The position numbers were made by a program, and so were the translations under genes. Shown one piece after another: positions 9,317 to 19,354 of a stretch of 64,000 bases of DNA. This stretch comes from Flavobacteriaceae bacterium (lineage in GTDB: Bacteria; Bacteroidota; Bacteroidia; Flavobacteriales; Flavobacteriaceae): assembly GCA_041392205.1 (NCBI GenBank), contig JAWKMO010000002.1:273641-337640 (forward strand), written 5' to 3'. The notes under the pieces were generated by a model, which was not told the origin of the DNA, searched no databases, and saw only the letters and a program-made list of their open reading frames with translations. Numbering within the stretch: position 1 is the first letter of the stretch; every line of letters starts with the position of its first letter.

Positions 9317-10195
9317 ATGAAAAAGATACTTTTTAGCACCCTTTTATTGACTTGTTGGATAGGATTTTCCCAAGAATCCGAAGAGGACGAATACGATTAT
9401 GTCGGGTCTGTGATTCAAACACTTACGCCATCCAAATTGATTGCCAAAGGGCAGTTTGATGTTAAATGGTTCAACAATCTTTACACGGAAACCAAAAGTA
9501 CCTTCGCAGAAGGCAAACAACCCCGCCAAACTTTTTTTACCGCTACCTTGGAAGGATATACGGGTGTTAGTGAAAATCGAAGAGTGAATGTGGGATTAAT
9601 TTTGGAAGCTCGCAGTAATGTAATTGCCGGTAGGGGTGCTTTGGAAGTTTTTGAGTTTGATGGTGAATCGGGAACTGCTCGAAGCGGTTTTACAAGCATA
9701 GCTCCAGCGATAAAAGTTGTTCCTTTTGCAACCCTGAACAATTTTTCTGTCCAATCGGCTTTTTTCATTCCTTTAGTAGAAAACGAAGTGGAAAACGGGG
9801 TCTTTTTAGACCAAAAAGGGTTTACTTGGCAAAATCGTTTTTTCTATGACTATACCTTTCCGGGGGATACGTTTCAAATATTTACAGAATTAAATACCGA
9901 ATTCAACTTTGGAGATAAAAATGAAAGTTTTGCTAACAATAGCTTGAATCTCATCCCCGGTGTTTTCTTTAGCTACTTTCCATCTTCAAACTTTACTATT
10001 TTAGCATTAGCGCAACACAATCAGCGCCTCGATTTAGGGAATAATTTTACCCAAGATTTTACGGCTTTAGGAGGTGGTGCGAAATACCAATTAACGCCGC
10101 AATTGAATTTAGAAGTACTGTACACCAATTTTGTAAGAGGCAACAATACAGGTTTGGGTGAAACTTATAACCTTGGGCTTCGCGCTGTTTTCTAA
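9317..10195 (+). CDS. Hypothetical outer-membrane beta-barrel protein
   Basis: 292 aa; signal peptide; alternating beta-strand pattern; C-terminal aromatic residue (…LRAVF). Confidence 0.4.
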   Translation: MKKILFSTLLLTCWIGFSQESEEDEYDYVGSVIQTLTPSKLIAKGQFDVKWFNNLYTETKSTFAEGKQPRQTFFTATLEGYTGVSENRRVNVGLILEARSNVIAGRGALEVFEFDGESGTARSGFTSIAPAIKVVPFATLNNFSVQSAFFIPLVENEVENGVFLDQKGFTWQNRFFYDYTFPGDTFQIFTELNTEFNFGDKNESFANNSLNLIPGVFFSYFPSSNFTILALAQHNQRLDLGNNFTQDFTALGGGAKYQLTPQLNLEVLYTNFVRGNNTGLGETYNLGLRAVF

Positions 10196-10200
10196 AGACT

Positions 10201-11463
10201 ATGATTCGAATTGTATTTCTATATATTGTTGTTTTCTTTTTTGCGATAGTGAATGCAAATGCGCAAACTATTTCCAGTATTTCTTATGAAGGAAATACCA
10301 AAACAAAAACTTCTTTTCTTGAAAAGATTACCGAAGTAAAAGTACATACCGTTTTAGATTCTACTCTTTTAAAACAAGATGTACAACGATTTATTAGGCT
10401 TCCCGGAATTGCTCATGCCTATTTTGAAATTTCTGAGAGTACTTCAAACAATGTGACAGTTACTTATTTTTTGGAAGAAAACTTTACATTGATTCCTTCT
10501 GCCAATATCTGGACCACAGACAATGACGAGTTTGCTTATAAAATTGGGTTGTATGAATTTAATGGATTAGGAAGGAATCTGGTATTAGGGGGTTATTTTC
10601 AAAGGGATATTTACAATAGTTTTGGGATCAACTTTAGAGCTCCTTTTTTATTTAGTTCCAATTTTGGTATTGCGATGAATTACCAAGATTTAACGACGCT
10701 GGAACCTGTTTTTTTAGACGAAGGAACCGCAGATTACAAATACAATAATGAGTCTTTGGAGGTATTAGGACTCTATCAATACAATTTTTTTAATAGAGTC
10801 GAGGCAGGCATCAGCTTTTTTAAGGAAGACTATCAATACAAAGAAGGAGCCACCAACAATGCTGTTCCTCAAAGTCTGGTTGTAAAAAAGCAACTTTTCA
10901 AGCTGTTGTATGAATACAATAACGTAACTACCGAATACTATTTTCAGGATGGCTTTAAAAACACTGTAAATTTTCAGTACGTTACCGCAAACGATAACAC
11001 ATTGCCCAATTTTGCCATCGGCTGGAATGATTTTGTGTTTTACAAAAAAGTAGGTGATAAAGGAAACTGGGCAAGCCGAATGCGTTTAGGGCTTTCTACC
11101 AATAATGAAACGCCTTTTGCCCCTTTTTCGGTAGATAACAACTTAAATATAAGAGGAGTGGGGAATACTATTGATCGAGGAACAGGAGCCATTGTATTGA
11201 ATACCGAATACCGATATACCCTTTTTGAAAAAAAATGGTTTGTACTACAGGGCAATGCTTTTTTAGATGGAGGAAGTTGGCGGAATCCTGGAGGAAACTT
11301 TAATGACTTTGTAGCTTCTGAAAATATACGAATCTACCCCGGATTGGGAGTTCGCTTTATTCATAAGAAAATATTCAATACGGTTTTTAGAATTGACTAT
11401 GGAATTGGAATATCACCCAATGCTACACAAGGGTTTGTTATTGGCATAGGGCAGTATTTTTAA
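10201..11463 (+). CDS. Omp85/BamA-family outer membrane protein with single POTRA domain
   Basis: 420 aa; signal peptide; N-terminal POTRA-like region (ISSISYEGNTKTKTSFLEKI…) followed by beta-barrel; ends …GIGQYF. Confidence 0.5.
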   Translation: MIRIVFLYIVVFFFAIVNANAQTISSISYEGNTKTKTSFLEKITEVKVHTVLDSTLLKQDVQRFIRLPGIAHAYFEISESTSNNVTVTYFLEENFTLIPSANIWTTDNDEFAYKIGLYEFNGLGRNLVLGGYFQRDIYNSFGINFRAPFLFSSNFGIAMNYQDLTTLEPVFLDEGTADYKYNNESLEVLGLYQYNFFNRVEAGISFFKEDYQYKEGATNNAVPQSLVVKKQLFKLLYEYNNVTTEYYFQDGFKNTVNFQYVTANDNTLPNFAIGWNDFVFYKKVGDKGNWASRMRLGLSTNNETPFAPFSVDNNLNIRGVGNTIDRGTGAIVLNTEYRYTLFEKKWFVLQGNAFLDGGSWRNPGGNFNDFVASENIRIYPGLGVRFIHKKIFNTVFRIDYGIGISPNATQGFVIGIGQYF

Positions 11464-11465
11464 AC

Positions 11466-11978
11466 TTATTCAACAATAAACTTGCCTTTCATCATAGCCA
11501 CATGCCCCGGAAAACTGCATATAAAGTCATAGGTCCCGGTAGCGGGAGCGGTAAAAGTGATGGAAGTGCTTTCGCCACCACCCAGCATTTTAGTGTGCGC
11601 GATGACGTCTTTTCCACCTTCAGGAATCCAATCGGAAGTCTCCCCAGCTTCAGAAGCTTTTGCACCAAATTCTGTCATGTCGACTCCTTGAGCTAATAAT
11701 ACAAAGTTGTGTCCCATCACCTTTTTATCTAGCTTTCCTATGTGACGGAACGTTAAGGTCACCTCTTGCCCGGCTTTTACTTTTATTTCGTTTTTGTCAT
11801 ATTGCATCATATCGTTTCCGGTAAGTGCTACATTAACGGAGTTAGCATCTTCAACTTTTTCTATTTTTTGAGTTCCAATTTTCATGGAATCTTTTTCTTC
11901 CTTTTTTTCTTCTTTCCCTCCACAACTTAGGAAGAAACTAAGAGAGAATATGGTTACAACGGATAGTACTTTTTTCAT
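11466..11978 (-). CDS. azu: Azurin (blue copper cupredoxin) lipoprotein
   Basis: 170 aa; lipoprotein signal (FFLSCGG); C-terminal copper-ligand region …YDFICSFPGHVAMMKGKFIVE matches azurin (Cys, His, Met ligands). Confidence 0.8.
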   Translation of the reverse strand: MKKVLSVVTIFSLSFFLSCGGKEEKKEEKDSMKIGTQKIEKVEDANSVNVALTGNDMMQYDKNEIKVKAGQEVTLTFRHIGKLDKKVMGHNFVLLAQGVDMTEFGAKASEAGETSDWIPEGGKDVIAHTKMLGGGESTSITFTAPATGTYDFICSFPGHVAMMKGKFIVE

Positions 11979-11985
11979 TTTTCAG

Positions 11986-12945
11986 TTATTTTGATGTTAA
12001 AAATTCAACAACTCTTTCTTCGCTGTAATAGCAGTTATCGTTTTTATGAAAGCCTACATGGCCCCCGTGTTTTGGAGTTTCAAGATAGATATTTTTGGAC
12101 TTTTCCGCAAGGGAAAATGGATAACATTTTTGTGATAAAAAACTGTCGTTTTGTGCGCTTAGAATTAAAACAGGAATTTTAATAGAAGGGATAAACTGTA
12201 CAGCACTGTTTTTTTTGTAATAATCTAAAGCGTCTTTAAATCCGTGTGCTGGCGCTGTATAAATATCGTCAAAGGTTTTTAGACTTTTCATTTTTTTATA
12301 ATTTGTAAGATTAGTAAATTCTGGGAATTGCTTCATTTTTTGTTTGTACTTTTTCTTCAAATCATATAAAAAAACGGTTCGGTATAGCCAATTATTCCAT
12401 TGCGAAAGCTGTTCCAGCGAGCCTTTTAAATACAAGGGCGCCGAAATGGCAACGCCTTTGGTAATTTCTTTTGGAGCAAACTCCCGCTCGCCCAAATATT
12501 TCAACAATAAATTTCCACCCAAACTGAAACCAATCAAACTAATTTCGGCATACATTCCTTTTGCCAAGATAAACAGAATAATTTCTTCCAAATCATCTGT
12601 TTTGCCTGCATTGTATGATTTATAGCTTTTATTGGTTTCTCCACTACAGCCACGGTAGTTTACAGCACAAGCATCCCATCCATGTTGGTTTAAAATAGCC
12701 GCTTGACCTTTCATGTAGGTGCGTTGTGCATTGCCTTCTAATCCATGAAGGATAATGGCCATTTTTTGTGAGCTTTTTTTTGAAAAAGAAAAATCTAAAT
12801 CTATAAAATCACCGTCGGATAAAGTAAGTCTTTCCCGTAGTTGTATTAGATTGGGAGCCACCCGTAACTTTGCTGAATAAATAGTTGAAAAATGCCCATT
12901 TTTAAAAAGTCCATTGGCAGCATACGATGAAGAAACGATAGGCAT
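11986..12945 (-). CDS. Alpha/beta hydrolase, YheT-type
   Basis: 319 aa; HGLEGN…; nucleophile elbow GFSLGGN; YheT-like N-terminus. Confidence 0.7.
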   Translation of the reverse strand: MPIVSSSYAANGLFKNGHFSTIYSAKLRVAPNLIQLRERLTLSDGDFIDLDFSFSKKSSQKMAIILHGLEGNAQRTYMKGQAAILNQHGWDACAVNYRGCSGETNKSYKSYNAGKTDDLEEIILFILAKGMYAEISLIGFSLGGNLLLKYLGEREFAPKEITKGVAISAPLYLKGSLEQLSQWNNWLYRTVFLYDLKKKYKQKMKQFPEFTNLTNYKKMKSLKTFDDIYTAPAHGFKDALDYYKKNSAVQFIPSIKIPVLILSAQNDSFLSQKCYPFSLAEKSKNIYLETPKHGGHVGFHKNDNCYYSEERVVEFLTSK

Positions 12946-13003
12946 TTAGCGAGTTTTATTTGGTTTGCTGTAAAAGAGGCTTAAATTTACAGCAAAAAAG
13001 AAC

Positions 13004-13477
13004 GTGTACACAAAACAATTTGAAATCCGCTGGAGCGATGTAGATGCCAACCTCCATTTACGTAATAGTGCTTATATAGATTATATGAGCCATACCCGAA
13101 TGAGTTATTTTCAGGAGAAAGGATTTCACCAAAACAAACTTCATGAAATAAATCTTGGTCCAGTAGCTTTGTATGAGCATATGTATTATTTCAAAGAAGT
13201 TTTCCCCGGAAAACCTATTCAAGTTTCATTGCAACTAAAGGGAATTTCGGAAGAGGGAACTTTCTTTTCTTTTGTCCACAATTTTTATACTGAAGAAGGT
13301 AAAAACATTGCCCGTTGTGAAATGTTGGGCGCTTGGATCGATTTAACCACCCGTAAACTAACCATCCCACCCAATGAGGTTTGGATGTTTTTGGAAACTT
13401 TGGATAAAACCGAAGACTATAAAATTCTTTCAAAACAAGATACCCGTAAATTTCAACAAACCCCTACCGATTTATAG
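13004..13477 (+). CDS. Acyl-CoA thioesterase (hotdog fold, YbgC/4HBT-like)
   Basis: 157 aa; GTG start; FEIRWSDVDANLHLRNSAYIDYM… typical 4HBT-type thioesterase N-terminus. Confidence 0.6.
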   Translation: MYTKQFEIRWSDVDANLHLRNSAYIDYMSHTRMSYFQEKGFHQNKLHEINLGPVALYEHMYYFKEVFPGKPIQVSLQLKGISEEGTFFSFVHNFYTEEGKNIARCEMLGAWIDLTTRKLTIPPNEVWMFLETLDKTEDYKILSKQDTRKFQQTPTDL

Positions 13478-14366
13478 GAGTTTTTTTTGTTTTTCGAGTG
13501 GTGAGAAACACACCCATAAAAATGAAGGACGCTGCTAGCAATCGTAAAGGCGTAAGCGAATCTACCCCTACTAAAAGGGCAAATAAGGTAGCCACTACAG
13601 GCTGTAAATACATAAACGCACCAATAACCGAAGGGCTTAATTGCTTTAGGGCATAAATATTAAAAAGATAGGTGAGAAAAGTGGTTCCCACGACTACAAA
13701 TAGCAATTTTAGAATTTCTGAAAACTGAAGGGAAACCCAGTTAACTTCGGTTAATTGGGAAATCCCTATAGGGAGGTTCATTAGTACCGCAAAAAGGAAA
13801 AAGAATTTCATTAAAGTGATCGAACTGTATTTACCTATGAGAGGTTTCACTAAAATTAAATACACCGAATAAGAAGCCGCATTAATAATAAAAAAGAAAT
13901 TTCCCAAAGGAATATTAGGGGCATTGGGTTGTGATTTGGCACCGAATAGTATTAGCGTTAAAACCCCTACCAATCCCAAAAAAATGCCTATGGATTTATA
14001 CCATGTAATTTTTTCTTTTAAAAAAACAGCCGTAAGAATAAGTAATAAAACAGGGGCTACCGTAATAACAACAGAACTATTAACAGGCGTAGAAAGCTCT
14101 AATCCTTTAAAGAACATATTCATGTTTAAAACCATCCCAAAAAGAGCACAAAGGATAAAACGATAGAAGTCTTTTTTTTCAATTCTTTCGGAAGGATAAA
14201 AAAAACTGAACCCCCAAAACAGGATGGCAGCTCCACTTACGCGCAATAATATAAATCCAAAGGGTTGAATAATTTCTGGCATTAACCCTTTTGCAATGGT
14301 GTGGTTAATGCCATAAATGGTACTTGCGGACGTAGCTGCCAAAAGAGCAAGTGAGCGGGGATTCAT
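13464..14366 (-). CDS. DMT superfamily (EamA-like) transporter
   Basis: 300 aa; 10 TM segments in two EamA repeats. Confidence 0.7.
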   Translation of the reverse strand: MNPRSLALLAATSASTIYGINHTIAKGLMPEIIQPFGFILLRVSGAAILFWGFSFFYPSERIEKKDFYRFILCALFGMVLNMNMFFKGLELSTPVNSSVVITVAPVLLLILTAVFLKEKITWYKSIGIFLGLVGVLTLILFGAKSQPNAPNIPLGNFFFIINAASYSVYLILVKPLIGKYSSITLMKFFFLFAVLMNLPIGISQLTEVNWVSLQFSEILKLLFVVVGTTFLTYLFNIYALKQLSPSVIGAFMYLQPVVATLFALLVGVDSLTPLRLLAASFIFMGVFLTTRKTKKTPINR

Positions 14367-14719
14367 TAATTAAGAATGGATTTTTTGGCGGCTTCCACTA
14401 CTTTTTTACTATTACCTATAAAAATTTCGTCTCCATTTACTACTACAGGGCGACTTAAAAAAGTGTAATGTTCTAGTATAAAACGTTTATAATCTTCTTC
14501 GGTAAGGGTCTCGTTTTTTAAGTTGCGTTCTTTGTAAAGAGTTGCTCTTCGACTGAATAATGCTTCATAACTTCCAGCCTGTTTTTTAAGCTCTTCTAAT
14601 TGTTTTACGGTAAGTTCCTCATTTTTTATGTCTTGCTTTTCAAAATTTGAGGGAAGTTGGAGTTCTTTTATAATCTTAACACAAGTGCTACAGGTAGAAA
14701 CGTGGTAGATTTTTTTCAT
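14366..14719 (-). CDS. ArsC/Spx/MgsR family protein (thioredoxin-fold)
   Basis: 117 aa; N-terminal CxxC-type motif HVSTCSTC; ArsC-family length/architecture. Confidence 0.65.
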   Translation of the reverse strand: MKKIYHVSTCSTCVKIIKELQLPSNFEKQDIKNEELTVKQLEELKKQAGSYEALFSRRATLYKERNLKNETLTEEDYKRFILEHYTFLSRPVVVNGDEIFIGNSKKVVEAAKKSILN

Positions 14720-15492
14720 TGGAAAAACGTTTTAGATAGATAAGGATTGGCTTTTTTAAGAGGGATTTCTAAAGCGATAGGACCTTCAGCATAACTCGCT
14801 ATATCGTATGAGTTGTATATAAATAAGAGGGAATTTTTTGAAATTCCAACAGTATCCGGAAGTGAAAACGTATCCTCTTCAAACCAAAAACCGGTACTAT
14901 TTATAGATTCATTTTTGGGGATGTTATAGGCTTCACGAAAGGCATTTTCAGCAAAGGGTAAAAATTCTTCAAAATTGGTAAAAAGATTTTTTACAGAAAT
15001 TTCATCGCCTGTTTCTAGATCAAAATTTTTAAAAATGGTACTTCCAAATCCGTGAGCCCCACCCGTATACAAATAGCTATATAGTTGAAGACATAAAAGG
15101 GTTTTATTTTCAAAAGTTTTAGACACTTCTATGGCTGCTTCATAAGGGACTTCGTATTCAAATTGGTTTTTATGATCTCTGTAAGCTAAAATAAACTGGC
15201 TGGCAGCTTCTTTTACTGTTTTTGCTGAAGGATTTTTATCTTCTCCTAAAAAGAGGGTTTGAATGATATAAGCTTCAATTTGAGTGTTTATGATGGTAGT
15301 AATTTCAGTATTCCCTATAACTTTTACATACTCAATATCCAACTTAGAGCATGGCTCGTTTTGGCAAATGTCCAGATCACTTTCAGAAAAACTTTCTAAA
15401 GAATAGTTTAAAGCAGCCTCATTCTTACAACTAAAAAAAAGAAGGGCAAGGGAACTATAAAGAAATAGAAATTTCATAGCGTAAAAGTACAA
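14716..15492 (-). CDS. DUF3298/DUF4163 domain lipoprotein (RsiV/PdaC-like)
   Basis: 258 aa; signal+Cys; YLYTGGAHGFGS motif typical of DUF3298. Confidence 0.5.
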   Translation of the reverse strand: MYFYAMKFLFLYSSLALLFFSCKNEAALNYSLESFSESDLDICQNEPCSKLDIEYVKVIGNTEITTIINTQIEAYIIQTLFLGEDKNPSAKTVKEAASQFILAYRDHKNQFEYEVPYEAAIEVSKTFENKTLLCLQLYSYLYTGGAHGFGSTIFKNFDLETGDEISVKNLFTNFEEFLPFAENAFREAYNIPKNESINSTGFWFEEDTFSLPDTVGISKNSLLFIYNSYDIASYAEGPIALEIPLKKANPYLSKTFFQ

Positions 15493-15545
15493 AGTTTTTA
15501 TAATGATTTAGGAAAGTGTACTTTTGTTTCTACTAAAATATCATT

Positions 15546-16685
15546 ATGAAATTTAATACCAAAACCATTCACGGGGGGCAAGCGCATGATAAAGCATACG
15601 GAGCTGTCATGCCTCCCATTTATCAAACATCAACCTATGCACAATCTACTCCAGGAGGGCATAAAGGATATGAATATTCCAGAACCCATAATCCTACCCG
15701 TCATGCGCTGGAAAATGCTTTTGCTAGTATTGAAAATGGGAACTATGGCTTGGCTTTTGGAAGCGGATTGGCCGCCATTGATGCAGTTATTAAGTTACTA
15801 AAACCCGGCGATGAGGTCATCTCCACCAACGATTTATACGGAGGAACTTATCGCCTATTTACAAAGGTTTTTGAAGGCTTTGGTGTGAAATTTCATTTTA
15901 TAGGAATGCAACATGCTTCTAAAATTGAGGAATATGTAAATGAAAACACCAAACTCATTTGGGTAGAAACCCCTACCAATCCCATGATGAACATCATAGA
16001 TATCAAAGCATGTGCTGCCATTGCAAAAAAACACACTCTATTATTGGCAGTGGATAATACTTTTGCAACCCCCTATTTACAACAGCCGTTAGACTTGGGA
16101 GCCGATATTGTGATGCACAGTGCTACCAAATACTTGGGAGGGCATAGTGATGTGGTCATGGGGGCGTTGGTGGTAAAGGATGCAGCGTTAGCAGAAAGAT
16201 TATATTTTATTCAAAATGCAAGCGGGGCTATTTGTGGTCCGCAGGATAGTTTTTTAGTATTACGCGGAATAAAAACGCTCCATGTTCGTATGCAACGACA
16301 TTGTGAAAACGGAAAACAAATTGCAGAATACTTAGCAAAACATCCTAAAATTGAAAAGGTGTATTGGCCAGGATTTGAAAGTCACCCAAATCATGAGATT
16401 GCAAAAGCACAAATGAAGGATTTTGGAGGAATGATTTCTTTTGTAACCAAAGGGAACAACTTTGAAGAAGCCATTAAAATTGTTGAAAAATTAAACGTCT
16501 TTACCCTTGCCGAAAGTCTAGGGGGCGTTGAGAGTTTGGCAGGACATCCCGCTAGTATGACTCATGCCAGTATCCCAAAAGAAGAAAGAGAAAAAACAGG
16601 AGTCGTTGATTCTTTAATTAGATTGAGCGTAGGAATAGAAGATGCGGACGATTTAATAGCCGATTTAGAGCAAGCTATTGGATAA
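15546..16685 (+). CDS. PLP-dependent transsulfuration enzyme (cystathionine gamma-synthase / beta-lyase family)
   Basis: 379 aa; Cys/Met-metabolism PLP family: …HSATKYLGGHSDVV… (PLP-lysine region). Confidence 0.8.
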   Translation: MKFNTKTIHGGQAHDKAYGAVMPPIYQTSTYAQSTPGGHKGYEYSRTHNPTRHALENAFASIENGNYGLAFGSGLAAIDAVIKLLKPGDEVISTNDLYGGTYRLFTKVFEGFGVKFHFIGMQHASKIEEYVNENTKLIWVETPTNPMMNIIDIKACAAIAKKHTLLLAVDNTFATPYLQQPLDLGADIVMHSATKYLGGHSDVVMGALVVKDAALAERLYFIQNASGAICGPQDSFLVLRGIKTLHVRMQRHCENGKQIAEYLAKHPKIEKVYWPGFESHPNHEIAKAQMKDFGGMISFVTKGNNFEEAIKIVEKLNVFTLAESLGGVESLAGHPASMTHASIPKEEREKTGVVDSLIRLSVGIEDADDLIADLEQAIG

Positions 16686-16701
16686 TTTAGAAGTCATTAT
16701 A

Positions 16702-16739
16702 AAAAGTGTGGGGCGGCCTTTGGCCGCCCCACACTTTTT
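16702..16739. terminator. Bidirectional rho-independent terminator
   Basis: aaaagtgtggggcggcc-tttg-gccgccccacactttt perfect 13-bp GC-rich stem flanked by A/T runs, between convergent genes. Confidence 0.75.
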
Positions 16740-16752
16740 ATAGAAAGATTTT

Positions 16753-17574
16753 TTAATCTAAATAATAGATATAACCCACATTTAACCAGAAAATCCAATC
16801 ATTGGCTTTATTTTCGGGAACAGGAACCCCATTTCCTTCGCCTAAAGATTGCTCATTAAACTCTTCTTGGGGGTTTAACCCATCTACCCAATTGGAAAAA
16901 TAATATTGCCAACGAGCATCCAGCATCAAATCACTTAATGGGCCTAATTTGTATCTAATACCTGTACTCATTACAATACTCCAAGTAGAATCACCTTCTT
17001 GTTGGAAAGCATTATAGTATTTGTTGGGAGTGGTTAAAGGGGTATTTAAAGCACCCAGTTCACTAGCAACTTCTGGGTCAAAGCTTACCCAATGGACACC
17101 AAAACTTCCAAAAGGAGCTATTTTGTATGATCCAGCTGCAAAATCACGAATACTAAGTGGAAAAAACTCTAATTGTGCTCCTATATCAAAGACGGTAGTA
17201 GATCCTTTCATTGCCCTTAATTGGTCAGCGGTAAGAGATACTCTATCGGGATCCACCCATTCTCCCAAATGTTCAAAATTGGTTTTATGGTAATCAATTT
17301 CACTTCGTATTTTAAAGTGATCGTTAAAATAGGTGTCTTTTGTGTAGCAATTACAATCTGCTCGGTAAGAAAAATTTAAATAATGGATAATTCCTACCCC
17401 CCAACCTACATTACCAATGTTGGTTTCAAAATCGTAGCGCTGTCCATAATCTGAATAAAAAGCAACAGGACCTGTAATGACTCCAATCTCATGAGAGAAT
17501 CCAAATTGGCTGTAAACTTCCTGCTTTACTAAGGCAAAAAAGAGAAATACCAATAGCAAAAATCTGGTATTCAT
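16753..17574 (-). CDS. Hypothetical outer-membrane protein (signal peptide, beta-rich)
   Basis: 273 aa; N-terminal signal MNTRFLLLVFLFFALVKQEVYS; Gly/aromatic-rich beta pattern. Confidence 0.4.
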   Translation of the reverse strand: MNTRFLLLVFLFFALVKQEVYSQFGFSHEIGVITGPVAFYSDYGQRYDFETNIGNVGWGVGIIHYLNFSYRADCNCYTKDTYFNDHFKIRSEIDYHKTNFEHLGEWVDPDRVSLTADQLRAMKGSTTVFDIGAQLEFFPLSIRDFAAGSYKIAPFGSFGVHWVSFDPEVASELGALNTPLTTPNKYYNAFQQEGDSTWSIVMSTGIRYKLGPLSDLMLDARWQYYFSNWVDGLNPQEEFNEQSLGEGNGVPVPENKANDWIFWLNVGYIYYLD

Positions 17575-17897
17575 TGTAATTTAGGTTTAGATTGAGACGT
17601 AACAAATATATAAAAACATATCAAACAGAGAAATATATTATTATGAAATAGCTTATTTAAGCAAAAAACGCTACACATTTTTTATAGATAACTTATATTT
17701 GCCCACAATTACGAAAACGTTTTCAAAAGCTATAAATTGTTAATTAGAAGAGATTTTGAAAATTTTAATTTTACGAAATAGAATCCATTTTTTTTAAATC
17801 AATGGGTTTACAAAGAAAGTGTGATTTAATATCTGAATCCATAAAATAAAAAATAGAAGCATTTCATAGATACATTAAAAACAAATATTTTATTCCA

Positions 17898-19241
17898 ATG
17901 AAACAAAGCATCAAAGATTTCATTTCCAAAGTGGAGGCAATGAATCCCAATGAACCAGAATTTTTACAGGCCGTTACCGAAGTAGCAGAAACCGTTATCC
18001 CTTTTATTGAAGAAAATGAAATATACCAAGGTAAAATGCTTTTAGAGCGCATGGTTGAGCCAGAAAGAACCCTCATTTTTAGAGTTCCATGGACCGATGA
18101 TAATGGGAACATTCAAGTAAATAGAGGCTATAGAATAGAGTTTAATTCAGCCATAGGGCCTTACAAAGGAGGATTGCGTTTTCACCCTTCAGTAAACCTA
18201 AGTATTCTTAAATTTTTAGGGTTTGAACAAACCTTTAAAAATAGTTTAACCACACTTCCTATGGGAGGGGGTAAAGGAGGTAGTGATTTTGATCCTAAAG
18301 GAAAAAGTGATGCAGAGGTCATGCGATTTTGTCAAAGTTTTATGACGGAGCTTTCAAGACATATTGGCCCCAATACCGATGTCCCTGCAGGAGATATTGG
18401 TGTTGGTGGGCGTGAAATTGGTTTTATGTTTGGCCAATACAAACGACTTCGAAATGAGTTTACGGGCGTTTTTACAGGGAAAGGGCTTAGTTATGGAGGG
18501 TCTTTAATTAGACCAGAAGCCACAGGATATGGAGATGTTTATTTTGCAAAAAATATGTTAGAAACCAAAGGCGAAAGTTTTAAAGGGAAAACCGTGGTTA
18601 TCTCTGGCTCTGGAAATGTAGCACAATACGCTGCCGAAAAAGCCATGCAATTTGGAGGGAAAGTAGTCACTTTTTCAGATTCTGCAGGATATATCTACGA
18701 TGCCGAAGGAATAGATGAAGAAAAACTGGCCTTTGTAATGGAATTAAAAAATAACAAAAGAGGAAGGATAAGTGAATATGTAAAAAAATATCCTTCTGCA
18801 AAATATGTTGAAGGTAAGCGCCCTTGGGAAGTCCCATGCCATATAGCCCTGCCTTGTGCCACGCAAAATGAACTAAACGAAGAGGAGGCAAAAATATTGG
18901 TAAATAATGGCTGTATTTGTGTAGCTGAAGGAGCTAATATGCCTTGCACGCCAGAAGCAATTGCAGTTTTTCAAAAAGCTAAAATTTTATTCTCTCCAGG
19001 AAAAGCATCTAATGCAGGGGGTGTAGCTACTTCGGGATTAGAAATGTCACAAAACTCATTACGTCTTAATTGGACTAGGGAAGAAGTGGATCAAAAATTA
19101 CACACTATTATGAATGACATTCACGCAGCATGTGTAAAATATGGAAAAGATGGAGATGGCTATGTCGATTATGTAAAAGGAGCTAATATTGCAGGGTTTG
19201 TAAAAGTTGCCGAAGCAATGATGGCACAAGGTGTTGTATAG
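17898..19241 (+). CDS. gdhA: NADP-specific glutamate dehydrogenase
   Basis: 447 aa; full-length match to GdhA family incl. …LPMGGGKGGSDFDPKGKSD… catalytic Lys region and GSGNVAQYA dinucleotide fold. Confidence 0.92.
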   Translation: MKQSIKDFISKVEAMNPNEPEFLQAVTEVAETVIPFIEENEIYQGKMLLERMVEPERTLIFRVPWTDDNGNIQVNRGYRIEFNSAIGPYKGGLRFHPSVNLSILKFLGFEQTFKNSLTTLPMGGGKGGSDFDPKGKSDAEVMRFCQSFMTELSRHIGPNTDVPAGDIGVGGREIGFMFGQYKRLRNEFTGVFTGKGLSYGGSLIRPEATGYGDVYFAKNMLETKGESFKGKTVVISGSGNVAQYAAEKAMQFGGKVVTFSDSAGYIYDAEGIDEEKLAFVMELKNNKRGRISEYVKKYPSAKYVEGKRPWEVPCHIALPCATQNELNEEEAKILVNNGCICVAEGANMPCTPEAIAVFQKAKILFSPGKASNAGGVATSGLEMSQNSLRLNWTREEVDQKLHTIMNDIHAACVKYGKDGDGYVDYVKGANIAGFVKVAEAMMAQGVV

Positions 19242-19261
19242 CATAGATATCAATTATAAAA

Positions 19262-19290
19262 AAGGTTGCCATTGGGCAACCTTTTTTATT
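19262..19290 (+). terminator. Rho-independent terminator after gdhA
   Basis: ggttgcc-attg-ggcaacc followed by ttttttatt. Confidence 0.7.
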
Positions 19291-19354
19291 TAATGATTGC
19301 AATAAAAGCAATTTTAGTATGTTTACTATTTCAAAATAATACCTGTAAAATAAC

